The position numbers were made by a program, and so were the translations under genes. 64,000 nt of DNA from a bacterium (GTDB lineage: Bacteria; Zhuqueibacterota; Zhuqueibacteria; Residuimicrobiales; Krinioviventaceae). The notes under the pieces are model-generated. The model was not told where the DNA came from, did no database searches, and saw only the letters and a list, made by a program, of their open reading frames with translations. The stretch lies in contig CAXXMD010000003.1 in NCBI GenBank assembly GCA_963675755.2, positions 2,784,001-2,848,000 on the forward strand, written 5' to 3'. Positions 38,744-50,421 of this stretch are shown in pieces (the stretch's first letter is position 1; every line of letters starts with the position of its first letter).

Positions 38744-41584
38744 CTATGATTGGGATTTATGTTGTGTGTCTTTGAATGATATTGACCACTCTACTCCGGA
38801 ATCGAGTTTTGTTAGCTCTGCTTTTCCCTTTAATTGTTTTTCAGCTATTGCATAGATGAGCTGTATCCCTAACGATTCTTTACTCAACTGTTCAAGATCA
38901 CCAGTCAGTCCTACTCCGTTATCTGATATAACAAGATTTAATATATCATTCTCGTTTCGATAGAATTCTATTGTTATAGTACCTGGCCTGTTGTCAGGAA
39001 AGGCGTGTTTAAATGCATTAGAAATAATCTCGTTTACCAGCAGTCCGCAAGGAATCGCTACATCCAAAATTACCGGTATGGGGTGCAGTTTAAATTTGGT
39101 ATGAACATTGGGTGTGTAAATTGAATAGCTATTTATTAACAAATGTGTTAATTCGCTGAGATAGTCAGCCATATTTATACTGGCAAGATTTTCTGATTGA
39201 TATAATTTTTGGTGAACCAATGCCATTGAATAAATGCGGTTTTCTGTCTCCGTAAAAATTGTTTTCAAAGATTTATCCGTTATAGAGGCTGATTGCAAGG
39301 CCAGCATGGATATTATGACCTGCATATTGTTTTTCGTCCGGTGATAAAGTTCTTTTAACAAGGCTTCTTTTTCTGTCAAAGAGTCTTTTACCTTTTGTTC
39401 AGCCTCGACTCTTGCAGTAACATCATTCATGATCCATATCTCATAAGGATCGTTACGGTAACCAATGAACTCGATCTGTTTTACTGTTTGATTTTTACAA
39501 TATATTGGGACTGTGTATGGTTTATTGAAATTATCATCACGGTCATTCATGTAGAGTTGATAATAATTTTCATGATCCTGGGGGTGAACTTTGGTAAACC
39601 AGTCTTTTTTGGTGTTAATTTCGGCATTAGAATATCCTACAAGCTCTTCTGCTTTGGGATTTAGATAAAACATTTGTTCTTCAATAAAGACAGCACCTGA
39701 TGGAAGGTTTTCTACCATGAATTTTAATCGTAGTTCGCTTTCTTTCAAGGTTTTTTCGAAAGCAAATCTGGCTATGGTATCTCCAATTTGAGCTGTGAGT
39801 ATTTCAATGACTTGCTGCGTGAAATCTGATAGATTTTCAAATTGATGTGATGCAAGATGTATGCTGCCAAGTGTTTGACCTTTGTGTTTGATTGGAATTA
39901 TACTAAAGGACTTTATGCCTTCATTTTTAAGCACAGTTTTAAAGGGCTCTTGCATATTATTTACATGGGCAAATATCGAATTACCGTTATTGATCATGAT
40001 GTGAAGGGGTGAACCAGGTTCTAATAAACTCACTTTTTCCAGAAATTCTTTTCCAACACCTATATTGTTAAATAAATTTAGATTGCCGGTTTCAAAATCG
40101 AATAAATATATTCCACCTGAATCCATATCTGATAGTTGGATTATTGAATTTAAAAACAATTCTAGGCCAGAATCAATATCTGTTATGCCGCATAATTGAA
40201 TTACGAGTTCACGACTGGCATAAATAATTTTTTGCAATTTTTTATGCTCTGTCAGATCCTGAACTGTACAAATCATTCCATTAAAAGTGTTATTTATAAG
40301 TAATGGTATTAGCCACCCCGATTGGAATGAACTTTTATTCGAAGGTGTTATAAGCTCAATATCATAAAATACTGGTTTTTGGGTGGTCTTTGCTTCAAGA
40401 TAATGTTTTTTAAATTCTCCAATCGTTTTGTTTTCAAAGTCTTGAAGAATATTTTGACCGGTAATTTGTTCTATAGGAATACCTGCTATTTTTGCCATAC
40501 CTGTATTTGAATAAATGATATAGTCGTTTGCATCAGATACCCAGATCCCTTCATGAACAGTTTCGAGAATTTTTTCATAAAACTGTTTTTGATTATTGAG
40601 CTCGTTTTGCATTGCATGCAATTCAGTAACATCCAGCCCAACCGCCCATGTATGCCAATCTGAAATTGGGAAAACGTCTGATTGGTTAGACCATGAAATG
40701 AGGCGTTTTTTGCCATCTTTACGTGTCAACTCTAGTTTCCAGTTTCGGAAGTTAAATATTTTGGATTCGAGTCCTTCCATGAGTTGGTATCTGTATTCAT
40801 CATCCGGATAAAGTAACTCGAATGCTTTGGCATTATTAATGATTTCATTTGCTTTATAACCTGTTACCTGTTCACATTCACGATTCCAGGCAATAAAGTT
40901 ATTGTCCTCATCCAACGCATTCAGCATTACCGGCATATTTTGAATTATATGTGATAGTTTTTGTTCATTTTTTTTCAACTCGGTATGCATACGTTCAAAA
41001 AAGAGGATGAGGAATCCCATTGCTGCCAGAACCGCCAATATTGCTCCAATCAGGAAGCCCCACGGTGCGAACCATTCTGCATTACGGAGAAAAGGGTAAT
41101 CAAGTTTATGTATACCCCAGATTATAAAGGTGTAAACAATAAATTGTTTTAAACCGCCTGAAACAAGTTTGGATTTGTAAATATATAAAGCTGTTATAAA
41201 ATATATAACTGCTACAAATAAAAAAACCGGTATGGTGAGTTTAGTAAAAGAGATCCCCAATAGCGTAGCTGAAATGATCCAAAGGATTAAAAACATCCAC
41301 AAATAAAACCAGGATTTGTGTGTTTTTTTGTTCAGGAATTCCATTGTGCCCCATAGCAGGAAAAAGCTGCTTGTGAGGGTAATGGCCTGGATGACAGGTG
41401 TAAATATTGGTAACGTACTGTAAAAGGAGGCAATTACAAAAATAAACCGGGTAGAATAAATAGCCCAACTGATGGTCCAAATTCCAAGAAAAGAGTATTT
41501 GTATTTATAATAGAGATAAAAAAATACAAGGGTTAAAATGAGTGAGCCGGATAGCGTTGCAATAACAGAGGGTAACATCCACAT
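38744..41584 (-). CDS. 7TM-PAS-PAS-GAF-PAS sensor kinase, HisKA_2 type
   Basis: N-terminal TM helices; PAS motifs; 'ELYHRTKNNMQ'; 'NEIISNAFKHAF'; DNGVG. Confidence 0.9.
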   Translation of the reverse strand: MWMLPSVIATLSGSLILTLVFFYLYYKYKYSFLGIWTISWAIYSTRFIFVIASFYSTLPIFTPVIQAITLTSSFFLLWGTMEFLNKKTHKSWFYLWMFLILWIISATLLGISFTKLTIPVFLFVAVIYFITALYIYKSKLVSGGLKQFIVYTFIIWGIHKLDYPFLRNAEWFAPWGFLIGAILAVLAAMGFLILFFERMHTELKKNEQKLSHIIQNMPVMLNALDEDNNFIAWNRECEQVTGYKANEIINNAKAFELLYPDDEYRYQLMEGLESKIFNFRNWKLELTRKDGKKRLISWSNQSDVFPISDWHTWAVGLDVTELHAMQNELNNQKQFYEKILETVHEGIWVSDANDYIIYSNTGMAKIAGIPIEQITGQNILQDFENKTIGEFKKHYLEAKTTQKPVFYDIELITPSNKSSFQSGWLIPLLINNTFNGMICTVQDLTEHKKLQKIIYASRELVIQLCGITDIDSGLELFLNSIIQLSDMDSGGIYLFDFETGNLNLFNNIGVGKEFLEKVSLLEPGSPLHIMINNGNSIFAHVNNMQEPFKTVLKNEGIKSFSIIPIKHKGQTLGSIHLASHQFENLSDFTQQVIEILTAQIGDTIARFAFEKTLKESELRLKFMVENLPSGAVFIEEQMFYLNPKAEELVGYSNAEINTKKDWFTKVHPQDHENYYQLYMNDRDDNFNKPYTVPIYCKNQTVKQIEFIGYRNDPYEIWIMNDVTARVEAEQKVKDSLTEKEALLKELYHRTKNNMQVIISMLALQSASITDKSLKTIFTETENRIYSMALVHQKLYQSENLASINMADYLSELTHLLINSYSIYTPNVHTKFKLHPIPVILDVAIPCGLLVNEIISNAFKHAFPDNRPGTITIEFYRNENDILNLVISDNGVGLTGDLEQLSKESLGIQLIYAIAEKQLKGKAELTKLDSGVEWSISFKDTQHKSQS

Positions 41585-41675
41585 AATTTTTACTCTTGAT
41601 TTAATACAAATACGATATTACGTCGGATTACCAATTTTGTAATTAAAAAATAATTTGTTAATAAAACAAGAGATT

Positions 41676-44516
41676 TCAGGATTCTTTACATCTGTTTCTT
41701 GCCATTTCTTTTTTCAAATACTGACCGGTAAAAGATTTAGAGTTTTCTGCAACAACTTCGGGTGAACCCGTTGCAATGATCTGTCCGCCCTCGTCTCCAC
41801 CTTCCGGACCCAGATCAATTATATGGTCAGCTGTTTTTATTACATCCATTTGATGTTCAATGACAATGATTGTATTGCCTCTGTCAACCAGACGATTTAA
41901 AACTTTTAACAGCATATTGATATCTTCAAAATGTAATCCGGTTGTGGGTTCGTCCAGGATGTAAATCGTTTTACCGGTACTTCTTTTTGATAATTCTGTT
42001 GCAAGTTTTACACGTTGAGCTTCACCACCAGAGAGAGTAGTGGCTTGCTGGCCTAATTTAATGTAGCCAAGGCCCACGTCATAAAGGGTTTGTAATTTAT
42101 TGCGAATTGGGGGGATTTTGTCGAAAAAGTTGAGAGCCTGTGAAACAGTCATTTCCAAAATGTCTGCAATGGATTTACCTTTATATTTGATTTCCAAAGT
42201 TTCACGATTGTATCTATGGCCCTTACAAACTTCACAGGTTACATATACATCCGGCAAAAAGTGCATTTCAATTTTTAAAATACCGTCACCTTCACAGGCT
42301 TCACACCTGCCGCCTTTGACATTAAAACTGAATCGACCGGGTTTGTATCCATGAATTTTTGACTCGGGTAATTGTGTAAAGAGCTCCCGAATATGGGTGA
42401 ATACACCTGTATAAGTAGCAGGATTTGAGCGCGGTGTTCTACCTATGGGTGACTGGTCGATATCAATAACCTTGTCGACATGTTCAAGGCCGGTAATGCT
42501 TTTGAATGGCAGGGGATTGGCTTTACTGCCGTAAAAATGTTTCTGTAAAACGCGATAAAGGGTTTCGTTGATAAGTGAAGACTTGCCGCTTCCGGAAACC
42601 CCGGTAATTGCAATGAATATACCTAAAGGTATTTCCAGTTCTACACTTTTTAAATTATTACCGGTTGCTCCCTGCAATTTAATAGAATTACCATTACTTT
42701 TACGACGCTCCTCGGGAATGGGTATGCATTTACGTCCGGACAGATATTGACCTGTAATTGAATTGGCATCATTGGTTACCTGTTCAGGGGTTCCCATAGC
42801 TACTATTTCACCGCCATGTTCACCAGCACCGGGACCCAGATCAACCAGAAAATCTGCACATTCAATGGTTTCCTGGTCATGCTCTACTACGATTACCGTA
42901 TTTCCGAGGTCGCGCAGTTTTGTCAGAGTGTCGATTAGTTTTACATTGTCTCGCTGATGAAGTCCTATACTAGGTTCGTCCAGAATATAGAGTACTCCTA
43001 CAAGTTGAGAGCCTATCTGGGTTGCCAAACGGATACGCTGGGCTTCGCCGCCGGAAAGCGTTCCTGAAGCTCTGTCAAGCGTGAGATAATTGAGACCTAC
43101 GTTTTTCAAAAATCCAAGTCGTTCACGGATCTCTTTGAGAATCTGGTGGGCTATTTGTTTCTCACGATCATTCAGTTTTACATTGTTAAAAAATGCATCA
43201 GACTCTTTGATGGACATAGAGGTAACATCCTGAATGGAATATTTACCTATTCTTACAGAGCGGGCCTCTTTGCGCAGGCGGGCACCACCACATTCGGGAC
43301 AAGGGACAACGTTCATGAATTTTTCAATCCATTCTCGTACACCCTGCGAGTCTGTCTGATGATAGCGTCGCTCAAGATTGTGGATTACACCTTCATACTT
43401 GTGGCGAAAGACGCCTTCATGATTGCCTGAACGGGATTTATAATCAAATGAGATTTGTTCATCGGTACCATGCAGTAATTCATTCTGGCATTGTTCCGGC
43501 AGGTCCTGGAATGGTGTGCTGATTTTTTGTCCGTGTTTTTCCAACACTCCTTTAGCAAGCGTAATGTACCACCCGTCTTTGAGCTGACCCCATGGGACCA
43601 GTGCGCCATCACTCAAGGTCTTTGTTTTATCTGGCACAACCAGGTCGGGATCGATTTCCATGCGCGTCCCCAAACCGTTACAGGATGGGCATGCACCATA
43701 GGGAGAGTTGAATGAAAACATGCGGGGTGCAAGTTCTTCGTATGATATGCCGCAGTCGATACACGCATAGTTTTCACTAAACAAGTGCTCATCACCGTCA
43801 ATTTCACTGATAAGTAAAATTCCGTTACCCAGTTTGAGTGCGGTTTCTACAGAGTCGGTCAGGCGTTTCTGGATTTCCGGCTTTATGATCAAGCGGTCAA
43901 CAACAATTTCAATATTGTGTTTTTTATTTTTATCGAGTTTGATTTCCGATTCAAGCTCAAGATTTTCACTGTCTACACGAACACGTACAAATCCGTCTCT
44001 TTTGGCTTCTTCAAATACGTCTTTATATTCGCCCTTACGTCCACGGACAATGGGGGCCAATACCTGAATTTTAGTGCCCTGAGGTAATGATAATATCCGG
44101 TCAACCATTTGCTGAACGGTTTGACGCTCAATTTTTTTGCCGCAATTATAGCAATAGGGGATACCAACCCGGCTGAAAAGTAAACGAAGATAGTCATATA
44201 TTTCGGTTACGGTACCCACGGTTGAACGTGGATTCTTGCCGGTCGTTTTTTGTTCAATGGAAATTGCTGGGGATAGACCTTCTATATAGTCTACATCCGG
44301 TTTTTCCATAAGACCCAGAAACTGACGAGCGTATGCAGACAAGGATTCAACGTATCGTCGTTGACCTTCTGCATAGATGGTGTCAAAAGCAAGTGAGGAT
44401 TTTCCTGAGCCGGAAAGACCGGTAATAACAACAAGTTGATTTCTGGGTAATTCAATATTGAGGTTTTTTAAATTGTGCTCTCTGGCACCTTTTATAATTA
44501 ATTTATCTTTTTCCAC
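41676..44516 (-). CDS. uvrA: Excinuclease ABC subunit A
   Basis: 'GAREHNLKN', GLSGSGKS, two LSGGEAQR motifs, zinc fingers. Confidence 0.98.
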   Translation of the reverse strand: MEKDKLIIKGAREHNLKNLNIELPRNQLVVITGLSGSGKSSLAFDTIYAEGQRRYVESLSAYARQFLGLMEKPDVDYIEGLSPAISIEQKTTGKNPRSTVGTVTEIYDYLRLLFSRVGIPYCYNCGKKIERQTVQQMVDRILSLPQGTKIQVLAPIVRGRKGEYKDVFEEAKRDGFVRVRVDSENLELESEIKLDKNKKHNIEIVVDRLIIKPEIQKRLTDSVETALKLGNGILLISEIDGDEHLFSENYACIDCGISYEELAPRMFSFNSPYGACPSCNGLGTRMEIDPDLVVPDKTKTLSDGALVPWGQLKDGWYITLAKGVLEKHGQKISTPFQDLPEQCQNELLHGTDEQISFDYKSRSGNHEGVFRHKYEGVIHNLERRYHQTDSQGVREWIEKFMNVVPCPECGGARLRKEARSVRIGKYSIQDVTSMSIKESDAFFNNVKLNDREKQIAHQILKEIRERLGFLKNVGLNYLTLDRASGTLSGGEAQRIRLATQIGSQLVGVLYILDEPSIGLHQRDNVKLIDTLTKLRDLGNTVIVVEHDQETIECADFLVDLGPGAGEHGGEIVAMGTPEQVTNDANSITGQYLSGRKCIPIPEERRKSNGNSIKLQGATGNNLKSVELEIPLGIFIAITGVSGSGKSSLINETLYRVLQKHFYGSKANPLPFKSITGLEHVDKVIDIDQSPIGRTPRSNPATYTGVFTHIRELFTQLPESKIHGYKPGRFSFNVKGGRCEACEGDGILKIEMHFLPDVYVTCEVCKGHRYNRETLEIKYKGKSIADILEMTVSQALNFFDKIPPIRNKLQTLYDVGLGYIKLGQQATTLSGGEAQRVKLATELSKRSTGKTIYILDEPTTGLHFEDINMLLKVLNRLVDRGNTIIVIEHQMDVIKTADHIIDLGPEGGDEGGQIIATGSPEVVAENSKSFTGQYLKKEMARNRCKES

Positions 44517-44619
44517 GATACTACCATTTTTTTATTCAGGTGAATAATAACAATCTCTTAATATAATTATTCCCCTGTTCAATATAAAGTAAATTGTATG
44601 TAAAAAAATGAAAAATTAT

Positions 44620-44648
44620 TTGACATTTTGCAAAAAAACGAGTAGTAT
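44620..44648 (+). promoter_or_regulatory. sigma70 promoter
   Basis: TTGACA-17-TAGTAT. Confidence 0.55.
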
Positions 44649-44682
44649 ACTGAAACCCATTCATGTTAATAAGGAGCAAGGC

Positions 44683-45444
44683 ATGAAACATCTGATTTTG
44701 GCAGTACTGTTTATTTCAGTTAGTTTGGCAGCACAGGATCTTTCAGTCCAGGATTTACTGAAGCAAGGTGATGACGCTTTTGATGCGTTTGATAATGAAC
44801 GCGCAATGGTTTCTTATTTGAAAGCGTATGAAGCAGACAATTCCAATTGTGAAGCATTGTGGAAGATAACCCGGGCGTATGTTGATCTGGGTGAAGAACT
44901 TGATGGCGATGAACAAAAAGAACATTATAAGAAAGCGGACGAATATGCGGACCTGGCGATTACAACGTGCCCCGATGATGCTGATGCGCATTTATTCAAG
45001 TCTGTCGCTTTGGGCCGTGTTGCCCTTGTATCCGGGAAAAAAGAACAGGTACAGATGTCTGCTACTGTCAAAGCGGAAGCAATGAAAGCGCTGGAACTGG
45101 ATCCTAATAAAGATGTTGCGCATCATGTGCTTGCCCGTTGGCATCGCAAAGTTGCGAACTTGGGTGGTCTGCAAAAAACTTTTGCCAAAGTGTTGTATGG
45201 CGGTTTGCCGGATGCCAGTAACGAAAAGGCAATTGAGCATTTTAAAAAGGCTATAGAGTTGAATCCCACATTTGTAAATCATTACCTGGAACTGGGTTTG
45301 ACCTATGAAGAGACTGAAGAATGGCAAAAAGCCAAAGAGCAATATGATAAAGTTTTGGAATTGCCTGCAACATCTTCAGATGATAAAGAACACAAGAAAA
45401 CAGCCCGGGAACGGTTGGAAAAAATAAGTAAAAAGCTGGATTGA
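44683..45444 (+). CDS. Exported TPR protein, RMDN/PTPIP51 (RMD1-3)-like
   Basis: Signal peptide; 'EALWKITRAY', 'KALELDP...HHVLARW...AKVLYGGLPDAS.EKAIEHFKKAIELNP'. Confidence 0.75.
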   Translation: MKHLILAVLFISVSLAAQDLSVQDLLKQGDDAFDAFDNERAMVSYLKAYEADNSNCEALWKITRAYVDLGEELDGDEQKEHYKKADEYADLAITTCPDDADAHLFKSVALGRVALVSGKKEQVQMSATVKAEAMKALELDPNKDVAHHVLARWHRKVANLGGLQKTFAKVLYGGLPDASNEKAIEHFKKAIELNPTFVNHYLELGLTYEETEEWQKAKEQYDKVLELPATSSDDKEHKKTARERLEKISKKLD

Positions 45445-45511
45445 AAAATTTCTGCATTATTGTAAATGTAGAAAAAAGTTATTGAATTTAATACTTTTTT
45501 TAATTATAATT

Positions 45512-45563
45512 AGATCAGGATGTACTGAAAGAGCAGTGGTGCAGTGTATCCTGATCTTTTTTT
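45512..45563 (+). terminator. Long hairpin plus U-run upstream of gltB
   Basis: AGATCAGGATGTACTG/CAGTGTATCCTGATCT followed by TTTTTT; preceded by TTGAAT-17-TATAAT (45482-45510). Confidence 0.7.
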
Positions 45564-45831
45564 GATCTATCGATGAACGGATTTGACATAGAATTCCAAT
45601 CCGCTATTGAGAAGAAATGAAAACGTATATGATTCGATTCAAATTGAAACGTATCCGCTCAATTTGATGCACTCCTTTTCATCACATTCCAAGTGACATG
45701 ACATAAAGGCTGTATCAAGTTGGTGCGGTCTATAAAAAATGAAATTGGGTTGGACTCCCTTTGAGGAACACCTATCTTTAACCCGGATTTTTTTAGCATG
45801 AAAAAGCCAGTAAAAGAACTAGAGGTTTAGC

Positions 45832-48800
45832 ATGAAAAATAACAGTCACACATTACCCCTGAATGCAGCAGGACATCCACTACATCCACAGGGCTTGTAT
45901 GACCCCGCATTTGAACATGATGCATGTGGTGTAGGATTTATTGCCAGGTTAAATGGAATTCCAGATCACTCGTTGGTTTTAGATTCTATTAAAATTCTGG
46001 TAAATCTGGAGCATCGCGGTGCTATAGGTGGTGACGCAGGTACCGGTGACGGAGCCGGTTTGTTGCTGCAATTGCCTGATGCTTTTTTTCAATCATCTGA
46101 CAGTGGTATCAGTTTCAAGCTTCCGAAAGCAGGTGAATACGCGGTTGCTATGATTTTTTTACCCAAGGATGCCGATGTTCGAAAACGATGTGTGAAAACA
46201 TGCGAATCAATTGTTGAAAAAGAAGGCTGCAAAGTACTGGGATGGAGAACTGTTCCTGTACATAATGATCACCTTGGAGTTTTGGCCAAGTCCACACAAC
46301 CCGAAATTGTACAGTTGTTTGTACATGGATGTAAATTAGCCGGTGAGGCATTTGAAAGAAAAATGTATGTTATGCGCCGGGTTATGGAAAAAGAAGTGCT
46401 TGGTTGGAAAAATGTTGATGCCAGCCAGTTTTATGTTGCAAGTTTTTCTGCAAAAACAATAGTATATAAAGGCTTATTAACCGGTACACAGTTGTCTACT
46501 TTTTATCCTGATTTGAGCAGCAAGAATTTTCTTAGTGCGTTTTCTATTGTTCACCAGCGATACAGTACCAATACCTTGCCTACCTGGAAGCTGGCCCAGC
46601 CCTTCCGTACGCTTGCGCATAATGGAGAAATCAATACCCTGCGTGGTAACATTAACAGGATGCGCTCCCGTGAGGCAAAAATACAATCCGAGTTTTTTGG
46701 TAAAGATATTAATAAACTCAAACCCATCCTGATTGAAGATGGTAGCGATTCTGCTATATTTGATAACGGTCTTGAATTGCTGATTATGGCGGGACGTTCA
46801 TTACCACACGCCGCTATGATGATGGTTCCTGAGGCATTTGGTCCTAAAATTAAAATGAGTGAAGATAAACGTGCCTTTTATGAATATCACTCTGCACTCA
46901 TGGAGCCCTGGGACGGTCCCGCAGCTTTGGCCTTTACGGATGGTCGTTATATTGGCGCAACCCTTGACAGAAATGGATTACGTCCTGCGCGTTATACGGT
47001 TACCAAAAATGGACTTGTTATTATGGCATCCGAAACCGGTGTTTTGGATATAGAGCCTGAAAATATTTTACAGCGCGGCCGTTTACAGCCGGGCAAGATG
47101 TTCCTTGTGGATTTGGTACAGAATAGAATTGTACCGGATAATGAAATTAAAGCCAAGATATCCCGTCAAAAACCATATCGTCGTTGGGTGCGCGAAAACC
47201 ACTTGCAGCTCCGTGGATTGTTTAAACCGTCACAGATCCCGGAATCTGATGCTGAAGTTGTGCGCAGAAGACAGCATGCATTCGGCTATACGGATGAAGA
47301 ACTGAAAATGATCATCAGCCCTATGGCTTCTCGTGGTCAGGAACCGGTAGGTTCCATGGGTAATGATGCTCCGCTGGCTGTATTGTCTGAGAGACCCCAA
47401 CTGTTATTTAATTATTTTAAACAATTGTTTGCGCAGGTGACAAATCCGCCAATTGACCCCTTGCGTGAAGAGCTGGTTATGTCACTTGAAAGTTTTGTGG
47501 GTCGAGAGAAAAACTTTTTGGAAGAAACACCAGAACATTATCGTGGTCTTAAATTGAGCCACCCCATTCTGACTCCTGAAGATATGGCTCTGATCCGTGA
47601 ATCAGGGCATCCGGATATTGATGCGAGAAATATCGACATCCTTTTTTCTATCAAGGGTGGTGGCAAAGCTCTGGAAAAAGGTTTGAATCAGGTCTTTGAA
47701 ACAGCCAAAAAACATATTGAAGATGGTGCTACCTTGTTGGTATTGACAGACAAGAATATGGATGCGGACCACGCACCTATTCCTGTTCTGCTTGCGGCTT
47801 CTGGTTTGCATCATTATCTCATTAATAGTGGGATACGTAACAGTGCAGGTATAATTGTAGAGACTGGTGAAGTTCGTGAAGTTATGCACTATTGCTTGCA
47901 GGTTGCTTTTGGTACGGATGCAATTTGTCCTTACCTGGCTTTTCATACTGTTCGCGAATTATCAGAGTCTGATTTGTTAGAACAGAGTGTGCCTGCCGAA
48001 GAGGCTATGGACAATTACATACAGGCAATTAAGAAAGGCTTTTTAAAGACCCTGAGCCGTATGGGTTTGTCAACCTTGCACAGTTTTTTTGGTTCACAAA
48101 TATTTGAAGCTATTGGTATTCATAAAGATGTGGTTGACAAGTATTTCTGTAATACCGCATCGCGAATTGGTGGTGTGGGGCTGGAAGAGATTGCGCTGGA
48201 AGTTTATGCTCGTCATGCAAAGGCCTTTCCCGAGCACAGAAATCCGGAATCTTTACTTGATCCGGGTGGTAACTATCATATCCGTATCAATGGTGAAAAA
48301 CACATGTGGTCAACTGAAGCTATTTACAAGCTGCAAATGGCTACCCGAAATAATGATTATTCAATTTTTAAAGAATATACAGCATTGCTGGATGATGCAT
48401 CCAAGAACCGTGCTACGTTGAGAAGCCTGTTTTCATTTAAAAAGGGCACCCCAATACCAATCGATGAGGTGGAACCGGTAGAAGAAATTACCAAGCGTTT
48501 TGTTGGCGCGGCAATGTCTTTTGGTTCTATCAGTCGTGAAGCACATGAGGCTATTGCAATTGGTATGAACCGTTTGGGCGCAAGAAGCAATTCCGGAGAA
48601 GGTGGTGAAGATCCGGCACGCTATATTCCGCTTCCCAATGGAGATTCCAAAAAGTCACGCATTAAACAGTTTGCATCAGGTCGTTTTGGTGTAACCACAG
48701 AATACGCGATAAACGCCGACGAGCTTCAGATCAAGATTGCCCAGGGTGCAAAACCGGGTGAAGGCGGTCAGTTGCCGGGCCATAAAGTCAGTGAAGATAT

Positions 48801-50421
48801 CGCACGCGTGCGTCATACAACTCCCGGTGTAACTTTGATTTCACCACCGCCGCATCATGATATTTATTCTATTGAAGATATTGCACAATTAATTTATGAT
48901 ATGAAATCAGTAAATCCCAAGGCGCGTGTATCAGTCAAGCTGGTTTCCGAAGTGGGTGTTGGTACCATTGCTTCGGGTGTAGCCAAAGCAAAATCTGATA
49001 CTGTGTTGATATCCGGTCATGACGGTGGCACAGGTGCTTCTCCATTGACATCAATTAAACACGCCGGTCTGCCATGGGAACTTGGACTTGCAGAGACACA
49101 GCAGTCACTGATATTTAATAAACTTCGTGATCGTATCCGTGTTCAGACTGACGGACAATTAAAAACCGGACGTGATCTTGCAATTGCAGCGTTATTGGGT
49201 GCGGAAGAATATGGTTTTGGTACCTCAATGCTTATCACCCTGGGATGTATTATGATGCGTAAATGTCATCTCAATACATGCCCTGTAGGTGTTGCAACCC
49301 AAAATGATACTTTGCGTTCAAGATTTACCGGCAAGCCGGATTATGTAGAACGTTTTCTGCGGTTTATTGCCCAGGAATTGCGTGAACATATGGCCGAGTT
49401 GGGCTTCCGTACCATTGATGAAATGGTGGGACGTGTAGATATGCTCGATTTTCAACCGGCTATTGATCACTGGAAAGCAAAAAATGTTGACCTGACCCCG
49501 TTATTACAACAGTTTAATACAGATGGACAAAATGTGGCGTTGCGTTGCATTCGTCCCCAGGACCCGGATGAAAATGAAGTACTGGATCTGAAACTGATTG
49601 AACTGGCTAAACCGGCTATTGATAATATGAAACCGGTTGATATTCACCTGCCCGTCCGCAATATTCACCGTACTGTTGGTGCGCGGTTGAGCGGTCTGGT
49701 TACTGAAAAACATGGCGCTAAAGGATTGCCCGAAAATACCATCAATATTAAACTGGAAGGTTCAGTAGGCCAGAGCTTTGGTGCGTTTTTGGCACCGGGT
49801 GTAACTATTCGTGTTGAAGGTGATGCGAATGATTACCTGGGTAAATCCATGTCTGGCGGTCGTATTGAACTGGTTCCACCAGCCAAAGCTACTTTTCAAC
49901 CCCACAACAATGTGATTGTTGGTAATGTGGTCCTTTATGGGGCAACCGGAGGCGAAATTTATATTAATGGTATGGCAGGAGAGCGTTTTGCTGTTAGAAA
50001 TAGTGGTGCCAAAGCCGTGGTTGAAGGTGTTGGTGATCATGGATGTGAATACATGACAGGCGGAACCGTGGTTGTAATTGGTTCAACCGGACACAACTTT
50101 GCGGCCGGTATGAGCGGTGGTATCGCTTATGTTTATGATGAAAACGAACTTTTTGATACCAAATGTAATCTGGATATGGTTGATCTGGAAAGCGTTTGGC
50201 ACAAGGAAGATAAAAAAGTATTAAAGAGCATGCTTGAAGCTCATTACAAATATACAAACAGTCCACGGGCAAAAGCTTTACTTGATGACTGGGATACCCA
50301 TTTACCCCTGTTTGTTAAAGTTATGCCTATTGATTATCGCAAGGTGTTGGAACGTATGAAACTTGAAGAAGATACAGCCCGGGACACCGTATCTGCTACT
50401 GAGGAGGTTTTCGATGGCTAA
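45832..50421 (+). CDS. gltB: Glutamate synthase large subunit
   Basis: 'EHDACGVGF', 'HNGEINT', 'AQGAKPGEGG', 'CIMMRKCHLNTCPVG', GXGXG domain. Confidence 0.98.
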   Translation: MKNNSHTLPLNAAGHPLHPQGLYDPAFEHDACGVGFIARLNGIPDHSLVLDSIKILVNLEHRGAIGGDAGTGDGAGLLLQLPDAFFQSSDSGISFKLPKAGEYAVAMIFLPKDADVRKRCVKTCESIVEKEGCKVLGWRTVPVHNDHLGVLAKSTQPEIVQLFVHGCKLAGEAFERKMYVMRRVMEKEVLGWKNVDASQFYVASFSAKTIVYKGLLTGTQLSTFYPDLSSKNFLSAFSIVHQRYSTNTLPTWKLAQPFRTLAHNGEINTLRGNINRMRSREAKIQSEFFGKDINKLKPILIEDGSDSAIFDNGLELLIMAGRSLPHAAMMMVPEAFGPKIKMSEDKRAFYEYHSALMEPWDGPAALAFTDGRYIGATLDRNGLRPARYTVTKNGLVIMASETGVLDIEPENILQRGRLQPGKMFLVDLVQNRIVPDNEIKAKISRQKPYRRWVRENHLQLRGLFKPSQIPESDAEVVRRRQHAFGYTDEELKMIISPMASRGQEPVGSMGNDAPLAVLSERPQLLFNYFKQLFAQVTNPPIDPLREELVMSLESFVGREKNFLEETPEHYRGLKLSHPILTPEDMALIRESGHPDIDARNIDILFSIKGGGKALEKGLNQVFETAKKHIEDGATLLVLTDKNMDADHAPIPVLLAASGLHHYLINSGIRNSAGIIVETGEVREVMHYCLQVAFGTDAICPYLAFHTVRELSESDLLEQSVPAEEAMDNYIQAIKKGFLKTLSRMGLSTLHSFFGSQIFEAIGIHKDVVDKYFCNTASRIGGVGLEEIALEVYARHAKAFPEHRNPESLLDPGGNYHIRINGEKHMWSTEAIYKLQMATRNNDYSIFKEYTALLDDASKNRATLRSLFSFKKGTPIPIDEVEPVEEITKRFVGAAMSFGSISREAHEAIAIGMNRLGARSNSGEGGEDPARYIPLPNGDSKKSRIKQFASGRFGVTTEYAINADELQIKIAQGAKPGEGGQLPGHKVSEDIARVRHTTPGVTLISPPPHHDIYSIEDIAQLIYDMKSVNPKARVSVKLVSEVGVGTIASGVAKAKSDTVLISGHDGGTGASPLTSIKHAGLPWELGLAETQQSLIFNKLRDRIRVQTDGQLKTGRDLAIAALLGAEEYGFGTSMLITLGCIMMRKCHLNTCPVGVATQNDTLRSRFTGKPDYVERFLRFIAQELREHMAELGFRTIDEMVGRVDMLDFQPAIDHWKAKNVDLTPLLQQFNTDGQNVALRCIRPQDPDENEVLDLKLIELAKPAIDNMKPVDIHLPVRNIHRTVGARLSGLVTEKHGAKGLPENTINIKLEGSVGQSFGAFLAPGVTIRVEGDANDYLGKSMSGGRIELVPPAKATFQPHNNVIVGNVVLYGATGGEIYINGMAGERFAVRNSGAKAVVEGVGDHGCEYMTGGTVVVIGSTGHNFAAGMSGGIAYVYDENELFDTKCNLDMVDLESVWHKEDKKVLKSMLEAHYKYTNSPRAKALLDDWDTHLPLFVKVMPIDYRKVLERMKLEEDTARDTVSATEEVFDG

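Noticed and set aside
44517-44607. LexA box upstream of uvrA
   Set aside because: No palindrome matching SOS boxes I know
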